Source of the DNA: Guillardia theta CCMP2712
Lineage: Eukaryota > Protista > Cryptophyta
Reading direction: 5' to 3'
DNA: 60,284 bases
Assembly (NCBI RefSeq): GCF_000315625.1
Contig: NW_005434644.1
Location: 642,434 to 702,717, forward strand
The notes beneath the pieces are model-generated. The model searched no databases, was not told where the DNA came from, and was given only the letters and a program-made list of their open reading frames with translations. Every line of letters starts with the position of its first letter. Position 1 is the stretch's first letter. The position numbers were made by a program, and so were the translations under genes. Positions 1-11,148 of the stretch are shown in pieces.

Positions 1-240
1 CCGCCCTCGTCCTCCTCGTCCTGCTCCCTTTGCCCACAATCCTCCTCGTTCTTGTTCACTTCTCCTCTCCTTCTTTTCCGCCTCCTCCTTCCCTGGTTTT
101 CCCTTGTCCTCCAACCCCTCTTCCTCTTCCTTACTCCTTGTCCTCGTCCTCCCCCCCCCCTCCCCCCCATGCTTCCTACTCCTCCCCTTCCTAGCACTCT
201 TCCCCCTTCACACCTCCTCCACCCCCTGACGGCACCGCAG

Positions 241-3200
241 GAACCTCATGGTCTCTCTCTTCGTCGATCGCTTCAGCAAGCAGATGGACATGGAGCGGCA
301 GGTCAGGAACGCGCGGCCCAGGGCCCTGCAGGTCAGCAGGGAGCGGCTCCCGCAGATCTGGGACCAGCCAGACGAGGATTGGAAGAGAAGGCTGTCAGGG
401 ATGACGAGGAGGAAGAGGTTCAGAGGCTTCATGCACGCCTGCTTCCTCGCCAACTTCGTGGTGCTGCTGCTGCAGAGCTACAAGCAGGGCCAGTGGCAGA
501 CTCGCCTGTACGAGGTGGCGAATGTGTTCTTTGCGTTCGTTTTCAACACCGAGGTGGGTCGGGGAGTCTCTCCTCCTGCTCCTGCTCCTCTGACTTTCGT
601 GCTCCTCCTGCTCCTGCTCTTGCTCCCCCTCTTCCTGCTTGATTTCCTTCTTCTCTCGTCTCGCTCTCCTCCTTCTCTCATCCTCCTCTCGTCTCCTACC
701 CTTCCCTTCCCCTACCTCTTACATGTCCTCCCTCCCTCTCCCCCCCCTCTCCCCCTTCCTCATCTCACTTGCCCCAGGCTCTGCTCAAGATCCTGTCCGC
801 CAATCCAGCCGTTTTCTTTCACGACACGACTCAGTGCCTCGACATGTTCGCAAACCTCTGCATTTTCTCCGGCATCGCCCTCGACTACATGAAGCAGCAC
901 ACGCTGGCGGGCTCGTCCTGGGGTTCCCTCAAAACCTTCTTCCTCGACCCCCTCACCACCTCCATCATCCGCTCCCTCCGCATCTTCCGCCTCACCCACT
1001 GGGTCTCCGTCCTCCGTGCTGACTTTGACTTCGGCACTATCATCAACTTCCTGGTCGCCGCTGCCGCCATCCTGCTCGAGCTCTCCCTCGTCCTCGTCAT
1101 CGTCATCTTCATCTTTGGCGTCCTTGCCGTCCAGCTCTTCGGTAACCTCTGCAGCAAGGAGACCAACACCAGCGCACGAGATTCTCTGAGGTGATCCTTC
1201 TCTCCTTCTTATTCCTGCTTGTCCCTTAGTTCCTCCCCTCCATTCGTGTTCTCTTGCCCTGTTTCCTCTCCTCTTCTCCCTCCTCTGTTGTCTTGCTTTC
1301 ATCTCTACCCTCCTCCTCCTCTCCTGGAACCCTTGTGACGAGCCTCAGGTGTCTCCTGATGGAGGAAGCGCACAAACTGCCCGCACACGTCAGTTTCGTC
1401 GACCTGGGGTCTGCCGCCATCACCCTCTTCGTCGTCTCCATGGGCGACGGCTGGACGTCCCTCATGTCTGCCTGCTCCATCAGCGCCAGCGACTACCCGA
1501 GGACAGAAAACTACATGCAGGTTGTCATCCCCAACCTACAGGCCTACCAGCTCTTCAGGAACACTCCTGTAGGACGGGAGGCCCTAGCGACCGCCAAGTA
1601 CAACCTCCCGGGTAATCCTCCGTGCGACTCTTGTTCTGTCGCCTCCCCTTCCCCCTCTGAGATCGTTGTCGTTCACTCTCCCTATCTCATTCCCTCCTTC
1701 CTCCTCGTCTTCCAACCCTCCCCCTTCTTCTTTCATCTTCCCCTGCTCCTTCAATCTGCAACCCTCCCCCCCCCTCCCCCCTCTATTGCTTCTCCCTCGC
1801 TCTCCTATGATCCCTCCCCTCCTTTCTCGCAGGCTGCGTCTCAGGCTCGGAACTTCAGCTCCTCAGCGCCGCCGGCATCATCAACTGCAACAAGGACGTC
1901 CTCGCGTGCGAAGGGACGTGCGGGTCCCTCGCCTCCTTCTGCTTCTTTCCCGCCTTCTTCCTCCTCGCCAACGTCGCCGTGCTCGCCATCATCGTTGCAG
2001 CTCTGATTGAGCAGGTCTCGGCCAACGAGCTCCCCCTCTCCGGCATGCTCACGACCACCATGACCATGCGCAAGTTTCATGCCATGTACTGGGTGTGGAA
2101 GAGGAAGGCGAGGGGGAGGCAGAAGCTCGGCATCGTACCGGACGAGACCAAGTGTCACTTCTACAAGACCATGTACCTCGAGTCCATCCCTGACAAGAGG
2201 AAGGCGGCAGAGGAGGAGGCAAAGCAGCCGGTGAAGAGGAAGACTGCGAGGAAAGAGAAGCCCAAGCATGTCTCGTACCGTCAAGAGGCTCAACCCGTGC
2301 CTGGGAAGAAGGAGGGGGAGGAGGAGGACGCAGCGGTCCTCGCTCCACTTTTCGAGACTGAGGACTACGAGTTCAACGGGGGGCAGGAAGCGACGGTTGA
2401 CGGAGAATTCGAGCAGCTGCTGAGCCGGCTGAGGAGGAGGGAGAAAAGTCTGCTGCGGGAGTGGAGGAAAAAAGCCTTTGTCGCCTCCGACTTCTCTCAC
2501 TTCCTCGAGTCTGAGCAGCGAGGAGGCCTGCGCGACTTTCTGACGGACGTGGAGGAGCTGGAGGCCATCAAGGTCAAGTGCGACGACCTAGTGGAGAGGA
2601 GGTGGCAACTGTGGCGAAGCACTGAGGGGAAGAAGGGCAAGGGAAGAGCTGCAAGGACGGACGCTCTCCACACCATCAGGATGCTGCAGGCTCTCCAGAA
2701 GTGGATCCTGCGCGACAGGGCAGAGGAAGAGGAGAGGATGGAGCTTGAGATGCAGTCGCTCAACTACGTCATCAAGCAAGACGTGCGGGTACAGCTGGGG
2801 TTGGAGCAGGTGAGGGTCCGGAAGGCCTCCCTGCAACATAACTCAGACCAGCTGCTCCGCTTCCTCCAGGCCCGGGAAGATCAGGTCCTTGCCTTTGTCC
2901 GAACTCACGAGCAAGACCCCAGCGGTAGTCTGGGCCAGCATGCCCAACGGCCCGAGCATGAGGCTGACGAGGACCAGGCCGCCATCGCCGTCAGCAAGGA
3001 AGAGATCTTGAGCAGCCTCGGCATCAAGCCCCTCGCCAACCTCCTTCGAGAATGCGCAGAGAGCGGCTGGGACGCTACTGATCCCCCCAGCCTCCCCCTT
3101 GGGAGCCATGGCAGCCTGGTGAACCCCCGGGAGGCAGACTTCCAACCGCAGCAGGTGCAGCCGGAGGAGGCGGAGGAGCTGGCTAAGTCGGCCTCCTTCT

Positions 3201-4262
3201 CAGCCTTTAATCACTTCATGCCCGGTGAGCCTTGGCGGGCGCTCCTCTCTCCTCTCTCCTCTATCCTTCCTCTCCTTTCAGCCAGCTTCCTGCCTGCAAG
3301 TTGACCCGACACAGGAGAACGAGTGGTCGTGCGGAGGAAGGACGGGAGCTTCAGCGTAGGGACCGTGACCAAGGAGCGTCCGGGGGACCTCGTCGACGTC
3401 TCGCTGGGTAAGATGGAGGGGAAGGAGAGCTCTAGAGCCTCGTACGCCAAGAAGGTAAGGCTGGACAATAGACATTGCTGGCTTGCCCCTGGTCACTTGC
3501 GCTCTGCAGACCCTGCCGACCTGGATGGTGGGGAAGTTCAAACCGTCAACAGTGACAGCAGACCTGGTGGTCATCAAAGAGGTCCAGACTGGATCAGACG
3601 ACGAGTCCTTGGCCGAGAATCCGATCAGGACCATCTGCTCCAACGCGAAGATGAAGATGGAGGTAGATACTCTCGAGCGATCTCTGAGCTCTGAACTGCT
3701 GGTTGCCTTCGCAGAAAGGCAACCTTCACTCCGCCGAGAAGCGTCTACAGCGAGGGTGAGGACACTACCCAGATCATGTCTCGTACTTGGCCAGTCATCT
3801 TGACGCAACCGCAGCATGCGCATGTTTCCTACGTCCATCGAGATCCTTTCAACCTACTCGGAGCTGCTGCAGGTGAGACAACAACTGAGGACATGAACTC
3901 TGCTGTTCTGACAAGTTCTGCATCGCTGTAGCTGCAGGGACAAACTGCTGGCTCAGCCCTCTTCCAGGCTCGGATTCGACAGCTCAAAGGTCAGTTCCTC
4001 TTACCATCCGGTTCGATTCGATCAAGCAAAATCTCCCTGCTCCTTTTCCTCTCTCTACGGACCCCGGCTGCCCTCGCGGACTCCCTCTCCCTCTCCCTCT
4101 CCCTCTCCCTCTCCCTNNNNNNNNNNNNNNNNNNNNNNNNNNNNNNNNNNNNNNNNNNNNNNNNNNNNNNNNNNNNNNNNNNNNNNNNNNNNNNNNNNNN
4201 NNNNNNNNNNNNNNNNCCTCCTCCTCCTCCTCCTCATCATCATCATCACCACCACCACCACC

Positions 4263-4296
<34 letters not shown>

Positions 4297-5200
4297 TCAT
4301 CAACAACAACAACAACATCATCATCATCAACATCATCAACATCGTCATCATTATCATCATCATCGTCGTTCTCCTCACTTGATTGAATCTTGCTGTCAGG
4401 CGGCTCTCTTCTCCGTTCAGTCACTCATCTTTCCGCTCTCTCCCAACCAGCACAACTTCTGTGCCCGCAGCCTCGCAGCTCTCCATCTCCTCAAGGCCTC
4501 TAGGACCGGAGGCAACATCCCCCTCCTCCCCGACGTCAGCGACCGTCTCGCGCCCATGGACAGGAGGGTGGGGGTTGCGTACGTCACCTCCGACCTCCAA
4601 GATCATGCTGTCTCCTCCGATCTCGAGGCTGTCTGGGCGAGCCACGACGCTCGTCGCCTCATCTTCTTCTGTGCCTGGAGCTCAGGAGGCGGTTCCTCCC
4701 GTCCTCTCCATCCTCGTCATCCCTGCCTGACCAACCCAGTAAGTCCCTCCTGATCCTCCCGCTGGCTGAAGGAGGAGGTCGCAGGCTGGAAGTGTCCTGG
4801 ACTTGAGGGGGATGAGTGGGAGGAAGGCAGCAGAGGCTCTTGCGAGGCAGAAGGTCCTGCTCATCGTTGACCTTCATGGATGGACGTCAGGACATGCCAT
4901 GTCAATCCTATCCTTTGTGCCGGTCACTCTGCCTCTACCTCTACCTCTACCTCTACCTCTCCCTCTACCTCTCCCTCTCCCTCTACCTCTACCTCTCCCT
5001 CTCCCTCTCCCTCTCCCTCTCCCTCTACCTCTCCCTCTCCCTCTACCTCTCCCTCTCCCTCTCCCTCTCCCTCTCCCTCTCCTTACCTTCCCTTCTCATT
5101 GCTTGTCTTGCTAGGACCCAGTTCGGGGCACCAGTCGGGGAGTGGAACCGCACAAGATGGAGGAGGCGATGTTTAAAAATGTCTGTTTTAAGTTGAAGTC
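241..5200 (+). CDS. Voltage-gated Ca/Na-type cation channel, last domain(s) plus long C-terminal tail (5'-truncated, multi-exon; 3' end uncertain)
   Basis: Spliced exons give the end of a preceding S6 (NLMVSLFVDRF), S1-S2 (FLANFVVLLL; ANVFFAFVFNTE), an S4 with periodic Arg (IIRSLRIFRLTHW), S5 (IFIFGVLAVQLFG), a pore loop (ITLFVVSMGDGW) and S6 (FFLLANVAVLAIIVAALIE). A charged/coiled-coil tail follows (1979-3225). Exons beyond ~3990 are poorly constrained because of the gap at 4117-4216. Confidence 0.8.
4930..5083. repeat. (CTCTCC/CTCTAC)n hexanucleotide microsatellite
   Basis: Directly visible. The same unit occurs at 4080-4116 and 40249-40296 and generates the spurious LPLPLP and SPSPSP ORFs. 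Confidence 0.95.
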
Positions 5201-6003
5201 TGTTTGTACCATATAACAATGTTGTAAAACTCGAGCAAAATGCAAATACAGACTCTTTGTTAGTATTACCAGGTAAGTTTTAGTGATCTGAAGTTGCAGC
5301 TGTACAAATCAGTACTGAATCCTACATAAGTCTACACGGGAGCTGCAAAAAAGGTACAAATATTTGTACCAAAAGTCACAGATTCAAAGTACTTTAATAT
5401 GTTATTTCTACCATCTCTCCATTACATAAACATTTTAAAAATAATACATAAGCCTACAGTGACCCGTCTGGTACACCCCCACCCTACTCCGATATCACCC
5501 CTACCCCCCAAGCATTCTCAACACCACTGGATGCGATAGAACAGAATGCTATCTACCTACTACCCCACAAACAGTCTTTTTGCTTCACTACCCCACCTAT
5601 CTGCATGACACACCCCACCCCTCCATTTGAAACTACCCCTCCCTTACACCGTCACCGGATCGCTGGATATAAGAGATGGCGGAGTTGGGGAGAGGGGAGG
5701 GATGGAAGTAGAGTAGAAAGGGAGAATGGGAGAGAGGAGGATAAACAAAGAAAGAAAGGAGACGATACATACAGTGGCGATATTCTTTCAGTCATTCGTG
5801 CAACACCTGCCAAAGCATTTGCAGGGCAGATAGTGGGGGTTGCGATGGTGGGCACATGTTACTGCTGTGATCCGCGTTCCCTGCCTGACACATGTTTCCT
5901 CTTTCTCTCGCAGGATGGTTTCCGGACAGTAATTTCCCAGTCATTCTCATTTTAAACCAGACACCTGAGTCCAAGGAAGACAGATCGATCAACCCTATCA
6001 AGA

Positions 6004-7749
6004 ATGGCCAGCCATCACTCACTGTTTATCGCCACGCAATTCCTTTTCCTGCTCCTGGCTGAGTCATACAACATGAATGGGCTCTATCGGTCCACTCCTA
6101 CTTTAGGACTTCGGTCAAAGAAGTGCGGCTCCTATCCAGGTTTCTCCTCTTTCATCCCTCGTCCATCCTCCCTGTGCCCTTCCAATCGGCTGAGGCCCGG
6201 CCGAATGGAAAGCTGCAGCCTTTCCATGTCGCTGGACATCGACGAAATGGAGCCAGAGTGGTTACCGATGATGGATCTCCAGGCCAGTGACATTGAGGCT
6301 TCGCCCAACGCAACTGTCCTTCCCTTGTTCCCCTTGGGAAGCTTCGTGTACACGGTGAGTGGCGTCCCTCGACGACCGAGCGACCTGAAGTTCTTTGCAG
6401 CCGCACTCGGAGCATCGTCTCAACATCTTCGAGCCAAGATATCGTGCTCTGTACAACGACATCCTCTTCAGCGGGTCGAGGAGGTTCGCCGTCTGCTCCA
6501 TGGATCCCGTGGATGGCAGATTCGCTGCCGTAGCTAGCGTTTTCTACTTGAAGGATCTCAAAGAGGTCAGCGCGGCGACCAACGATGCGGTCAAGTACAT
6601 CTGCGATCACGAGGTCTGCAGAGTGAAGCCCCACGTGCTCGGTTGTGATCGGCCGCCTGTGTTGCCGCAGGTCATCGGGAGGATCAGGATCAAAAAGGTG
6701 CTGAACCCCAAGGTGTGGGAGGACAGGTCGACGTACCTCAAGGTGGAGAGAAGCTCTGATGGAGAGGGGAGTTGTGTATTGCTTTGACAGCCCAAAGGTC
6801 GAGGCTGAGTACATCGAGGACAAGGAGGAGCCAGAGGGCAGCACCAGGTTGGCGGACATGCCAGATAGCATGCCGTACCACCCGCAAACGTGTGGAGCTG
6901 ACTGCGGCTGGCAGCGAGCTGGAGAAAAAGCTGGTGCTAACCTACAACGATCTCGTGCAGCTTCAGCATGAAATGAATGAAGACGTCAAGTTTACGAAGG
7001 TGTGATCGCAAGCCCCGTGTAGAGGGCGTGCAGTGATTCAGATTCTCAGGAGTCCGTGGACAAGTTCAAGATCGCCAAAGGACAAGAGGTTTGGTCGGCG
7101 GTGGAGATGTGGCAGGTGAGGGAGAGTTTGCTGCGCAGCTCCATGTTGTGTGATCAGTGCGAAGGTGTTCCAACAGCAGCGGCTCCTTGCTCGTCAGCAG
7201 GAGATGCAGAAAGAGTTTCAGGTTCACCTTCTTGCTTGCCAGCCTCTTCCACACTGTGAGCATCCTCAAGGCGAAGCTGCTGGCGTACCTGATCAAGGAG
7301 AAGGGGATGGGAGGACTCCCCAACGCGATTGACATCAACGGTATGCAAGCTCCCGATGCGATGACAGGGCAGTGTAGAGCTTACTTGTCAACAGAACTTC
7401 CAGCTAATCTCCAGCAGGAAGTGAGGTCCCTCCAGGTCTGCCTCTCTCTCCCCCTCCCTCCCTCTCCCTGTCTGCTATCCACCTTCCCGTCGATGACAAG
7501 ATGAACTTTGAGTGACATGAGCCACGGCAGGCGAGGATGCAAGACGATCTTCAACCGCTGGCCGAGCGCGACATGATGGATATGCAGCTGCTGGTGATCT
7601 GAGCCTCCCTGTCCTCTTGCCATCTTATCTCAGTCCAGATCGAGTGCGACAGCCACTCCAGGCGTCTCGAGCTGATGGACGCGATGCTGACTAAGGAGAG
7701 GAAGAGGCTCGAAACCAAGAAGACCCTCAAGAGCCTCTTCAACAAGTGA
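6004..7749 (+). CDS. LON peptidase N-terminal (substrate-binding, PUA-like) domain protein, probably plastid-targeted
   Basis: Spliced VLPLFPLGSFVYTP-HSEHRLNIFEPRYRALYNDIL..RRFAVC matches the LON_N signature (LPLFPL..P...L.IFEPRY). No AAA+ or protease domain follows. The N-terminus has a hydrophobic signal peptide and a Ser/Arg-rich transit-like segment. About 10 short introns. Confidence 0.85.
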
Positions 7750-7762
7750 GGGACCCTCCATG

Positions 7763-8140
7763 TTATGGCAGGGTACGAGCTTTCCTGGAGGCAATCGGCT
7801 GTCCTTCCTGCGGCAGACTTGGTATTTGTACCACATAGACACCTTCAGCTCCGTTCCCTTTTATCATTAACTTCCCGTCCGGCTGCTGTAAAATGATAAA
7901 TTCTAGTAAGCCCGACCCATCACCCCACATTTTTGCGCAATCCTCCTCAGGCATTCGACATGACATCGTCGTTCGATGTGACGTGCACTGCCTTAGCTCC
8001 GGCTCAATTTGGCAGGTATCTCCGGCGTGATTTCCCGGCTCGGAAGCTGTTGCAGGCGGCGTCCTGGACTCATCAGGCCGGAGTTGGTCCCGATTCTTGT
8101 TGTATTCTGCAAAGGAAGTGCCACAACATAAACATAGCAA
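7763..8140 (-). CDS. Possible small hypothetical protein
   Basis: The 3' part of the ORF looks protein-like (WGDGSGLLEFIILQQPDGKLMIKGNGAEGVYVVQIP) and a G-rich (- strand) upstream tract lies at 8150-8280. No recognisable family, and the start is unclear. Confidence 0.3.
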   Translation of the reverse strand: MLCLCCGTSFAEYNKNRDQLRPDESRTPPATASEPGNHAGDTCQIEPELRQCTSHRTTMSCRMPEEDCAKMWGDGSGLLEFIILQQPDGKLMIKGNGAEGVYVVQIPSLPQEGQPIASRKARTLP

Positions 8141-10041
8141 TCAGAACATATCCTTTCTCTTCACACACCCCCTCCCCCGCACTCCTTCTGTGTTGACTGT
8201 GTTTTTATCGCTGTTGCCCGCGCTCGCATATTCCCCTTCTCTTACACCCCTTTACATGGCAATCGCTGCCGCCCTTACTCCCGAGGAGTTTGTCGCAAGG
8301 TTGGAGAATTTTGAAACTTCGAATAGTCAAAGTTTGAAACTTTGATGTATTTAGTTTCAGGGTGATAGTAGGACCCGTGGTTTTCAGTACCCCTCTTTGT
8401 AGATGAAATAGACCGGGTAGCATTGGAAGAAGGAAACACAAAGGTGTACCAGGAGTGAAGGAGGTAGTGTTCTCCAGAAAGGAGGGGTACTGGAATAAAG
8501 TCTGAATCCGGGGAGGAGGTAAGATGGGGTAGTGAATGGGATTAACAGGGGTGTATGAATCAATGACTCTGAAAATGGGTGGGTAGATGAGTGGTTTTAA
8601 TGGGAGGGAGGGAACTAAGGGGGTAGGGGTAAAATAACTGGATGGGTCGAGGAGGTGGGGGTGGGGCTCGATAGCTTTTAGCAGGGTAGCGTCGAAATAC
8701 AAAATTCTATTTTTGAAGGGGGTAGGAAAAACAAGAGCTGTAGCAGGGGGTACTACACATATTCCAATGGACAATGAACGGGGTAGGTAGATTCAGGTTC
8801 ATCTAGTTGTGGGTGGGGGTGGAGCAAATACAGGACAAGGGGGGGTAAGGGTCGTGTTTTCCGTTATCAAAAAATGGGGGTGGGGTGGGCGAGCCCCTGC
8901 AGGGTCGGAGTTCTACCATTGAAATCTTCTTACCTTTTGAAATATCATTCTTTTATTTGGAATTTTAGAATATATTTCTATCAGCAAAGTGTACATTTTG
9001 GTGAAGAGTATGAAATTTAAAATTCTTCAAATGTTTGGTGGGTTGATCTCATCACCCCTTCTCAGACTGTGCAAGCAGGGGTAGTCAAGGATTGGGGGTG
9101 GTAGGGATCTGAAGCTACAGGGAATGGAAGGACAACGTACAATGTGCAGGGGAGAGGATAGGATCGGAGTGAAGAAGAGCGAAATGGAGTGTAGACAGTG
9201 CAGCACACTACAGGAAACAAAAGTTCTCAATGCAGAGGTGATGAGAAGAAAGATAACATAATGGCGATGATACCGCGCGAGGACAAGATTCAGATTCAGA
9301 TTCGAAGCTCAGATGAGATATGACGCTGAGCCTGAGGTGAAGATGGTGATAGAAAACGAGTTTGAAGATAGATATCAGTGAATTTTTGTAGTGAGACTGA
9401 CAATGTGGTCAAAAATAGATAGTTCGACACGATTTGTAGACAACAAACATGGCAAAGCGAGCACTTCGTTATGAGAACACGAAATTGTGAAAACGATGAT
9501 GACGATGAAGATCCAGAGGGGCAGAGATACAAAACAAGGGTACAAAAAGTACTAGAGGCCTACCAGAACTGAGGAACAGACTAGGGAGAGAGTCGCTGTG
9601 CTGGCAGGGACCTGCAGGTCACCTGAATCCTTCATGACGACCCCCATCAACAAGGAACGGGGATCGGGACTACGTTTGTTTCGAATGTTTTGTGTGATGT
9701 GTAGAGAGATCCAAGAGCGAAACTTGGATGATTTCGATTTTGGATAGCAAGCCGAGAAGGGTCGTAGGATAACAAACAAGAGAAATGCTCCACACGCATA
9801 CTCTCCGTCACGAAACCAATTGCGATCTGCCAAGTGCGACTTTCTTGTGGTCTGTTGGAGATTGCATCATAAGATGCAATGCTTTGATTTCCATATTCTC
9901 AGTCTTTTTGCGGGTGCTTTTGCCCATGAGTTATGTATCTTGAACTCGTTGCTGTCCTGAAGCCTGGAGTTTGGCCGCAAATTTTGCTTTTTGAATTGTT
10001 TGGTTCATGTCATTGCATCTGACAAAAGCATTTTGAAACAG

Positions 10042-11075
10042 ATGTTTCTTGCCGTTCCAGTTTCACATCCCTACGTTCCATGCTACCCGAGGGAAACTCG
10101 CAAGGTAGGAAGGATCGAACAAAGAAAAAGAATCCTATGCTTTGGAGATAGTCTCACCGCTGGATATTACGCGCAAGGCAATCGTTTTCACCCGTATGCA
10201 AATCTACTCAAGGTTGTCCATCTTTCTCTCAATATCGTTTCTGAAATGCAATCTTGAAGAAGTTATTGGGTGTCGAAGTGGATTACATCGGGCTTTCTGG
10301 ATGGACCACTCGACAGGTTTGCTTGACGCACAAGACGTTGCATCAATAACTTTTGGTCAAGATGTGCGATAGCAAGGATAGCGATTCGTGCGTGGATGTT
10401 GTGAGGAGGCAAGAACTTGTTTCGTCCAAGTTTGATGCTCATCAATATTTTGATCGTCAGATCTTGGAGGGGACTCCGTGCACAGCTAAAGAGAAATCGA
10501 TACACACACTGCATCATACTTGGTGGCACGAACGATGTGTCAGCTTCTTCCCCTGACATGTGATACAACGAGGATTTTCTTGAGATGCCAGAGACTGATT
10601 GTCCCCAGGATTCTATCGAACCTCAGAACCCTGCACGCCATTGCCCGCCAATTCGGTTCTGTTTTATGTTCTTCGTCATTCTTGTTGTTTATCTTTGTTG
10701 TCTCCAGGCTGCAAGACTGTTGCGTTGACTATCCCAGAGCTCGCTGCAGGTGAGTCAGGCAGGCGGCTTCATGCTCCACTTCTTACCTCCACGTCAGAGA
10801 GGCGACAACCGCAAATCCACGAGACGAGGCTGCGGGTGAACGAGGCGATTCTCCAGCGCAAGATTGACTGCGACCTGGTTGTGGACATCGACAAAGTTTT
10901 GCCTCTTGCGAAAGCCACACAAGTTCAGAGGATGAGCATCTGGGAGCCCGACGGCCTCCACTGCAACCTGAGGGGTAAGGCGATAGCCTCAGGGGAGAAG
11001 GTCTAACGCTTCACGTGTCTCAGGTATGATACCGTCGCGAGAGCCATTTCGAGTCAGATCACCCAAGTCATTTGA
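10042..11075 (+). CDS. SGNH/GDSL-type hydrolase (lipase/esterase)
   Basis: All four blocks are present across short introns: ILCFGDSLTAG, IGLSGWTT, IILGGTND and WEPDGLH. Confidence 0.9.
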
Positions 11076-11148
11076 CTTCATGTAGAATATGTTTGAACAA
11101 CTAACACGCTTTCATGTTTCTTGTAATATGATGATATATTCGCTCTTA

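Noticed and set aside
3984-5196. ORFs with poly-D/G/M, LPLPLP, SPSPSP and LSLSLY runs
   Set aside because: These are translations of (CAT/CAC/CTC)n and (CTCTCC)n microsatellites and an N-gap.
6004-7749. Full ATP-dependent Lon protease
   Set aside because: Only the N-terminal domain is present, with no Walker motifs or Ser-Lys protease domain.
8205-8774. 189-aa Pro-rich ORF on the - strand
   Set aside because: It is a by-product of the GGGGT-rich tract and has no motif or coding-like signal.
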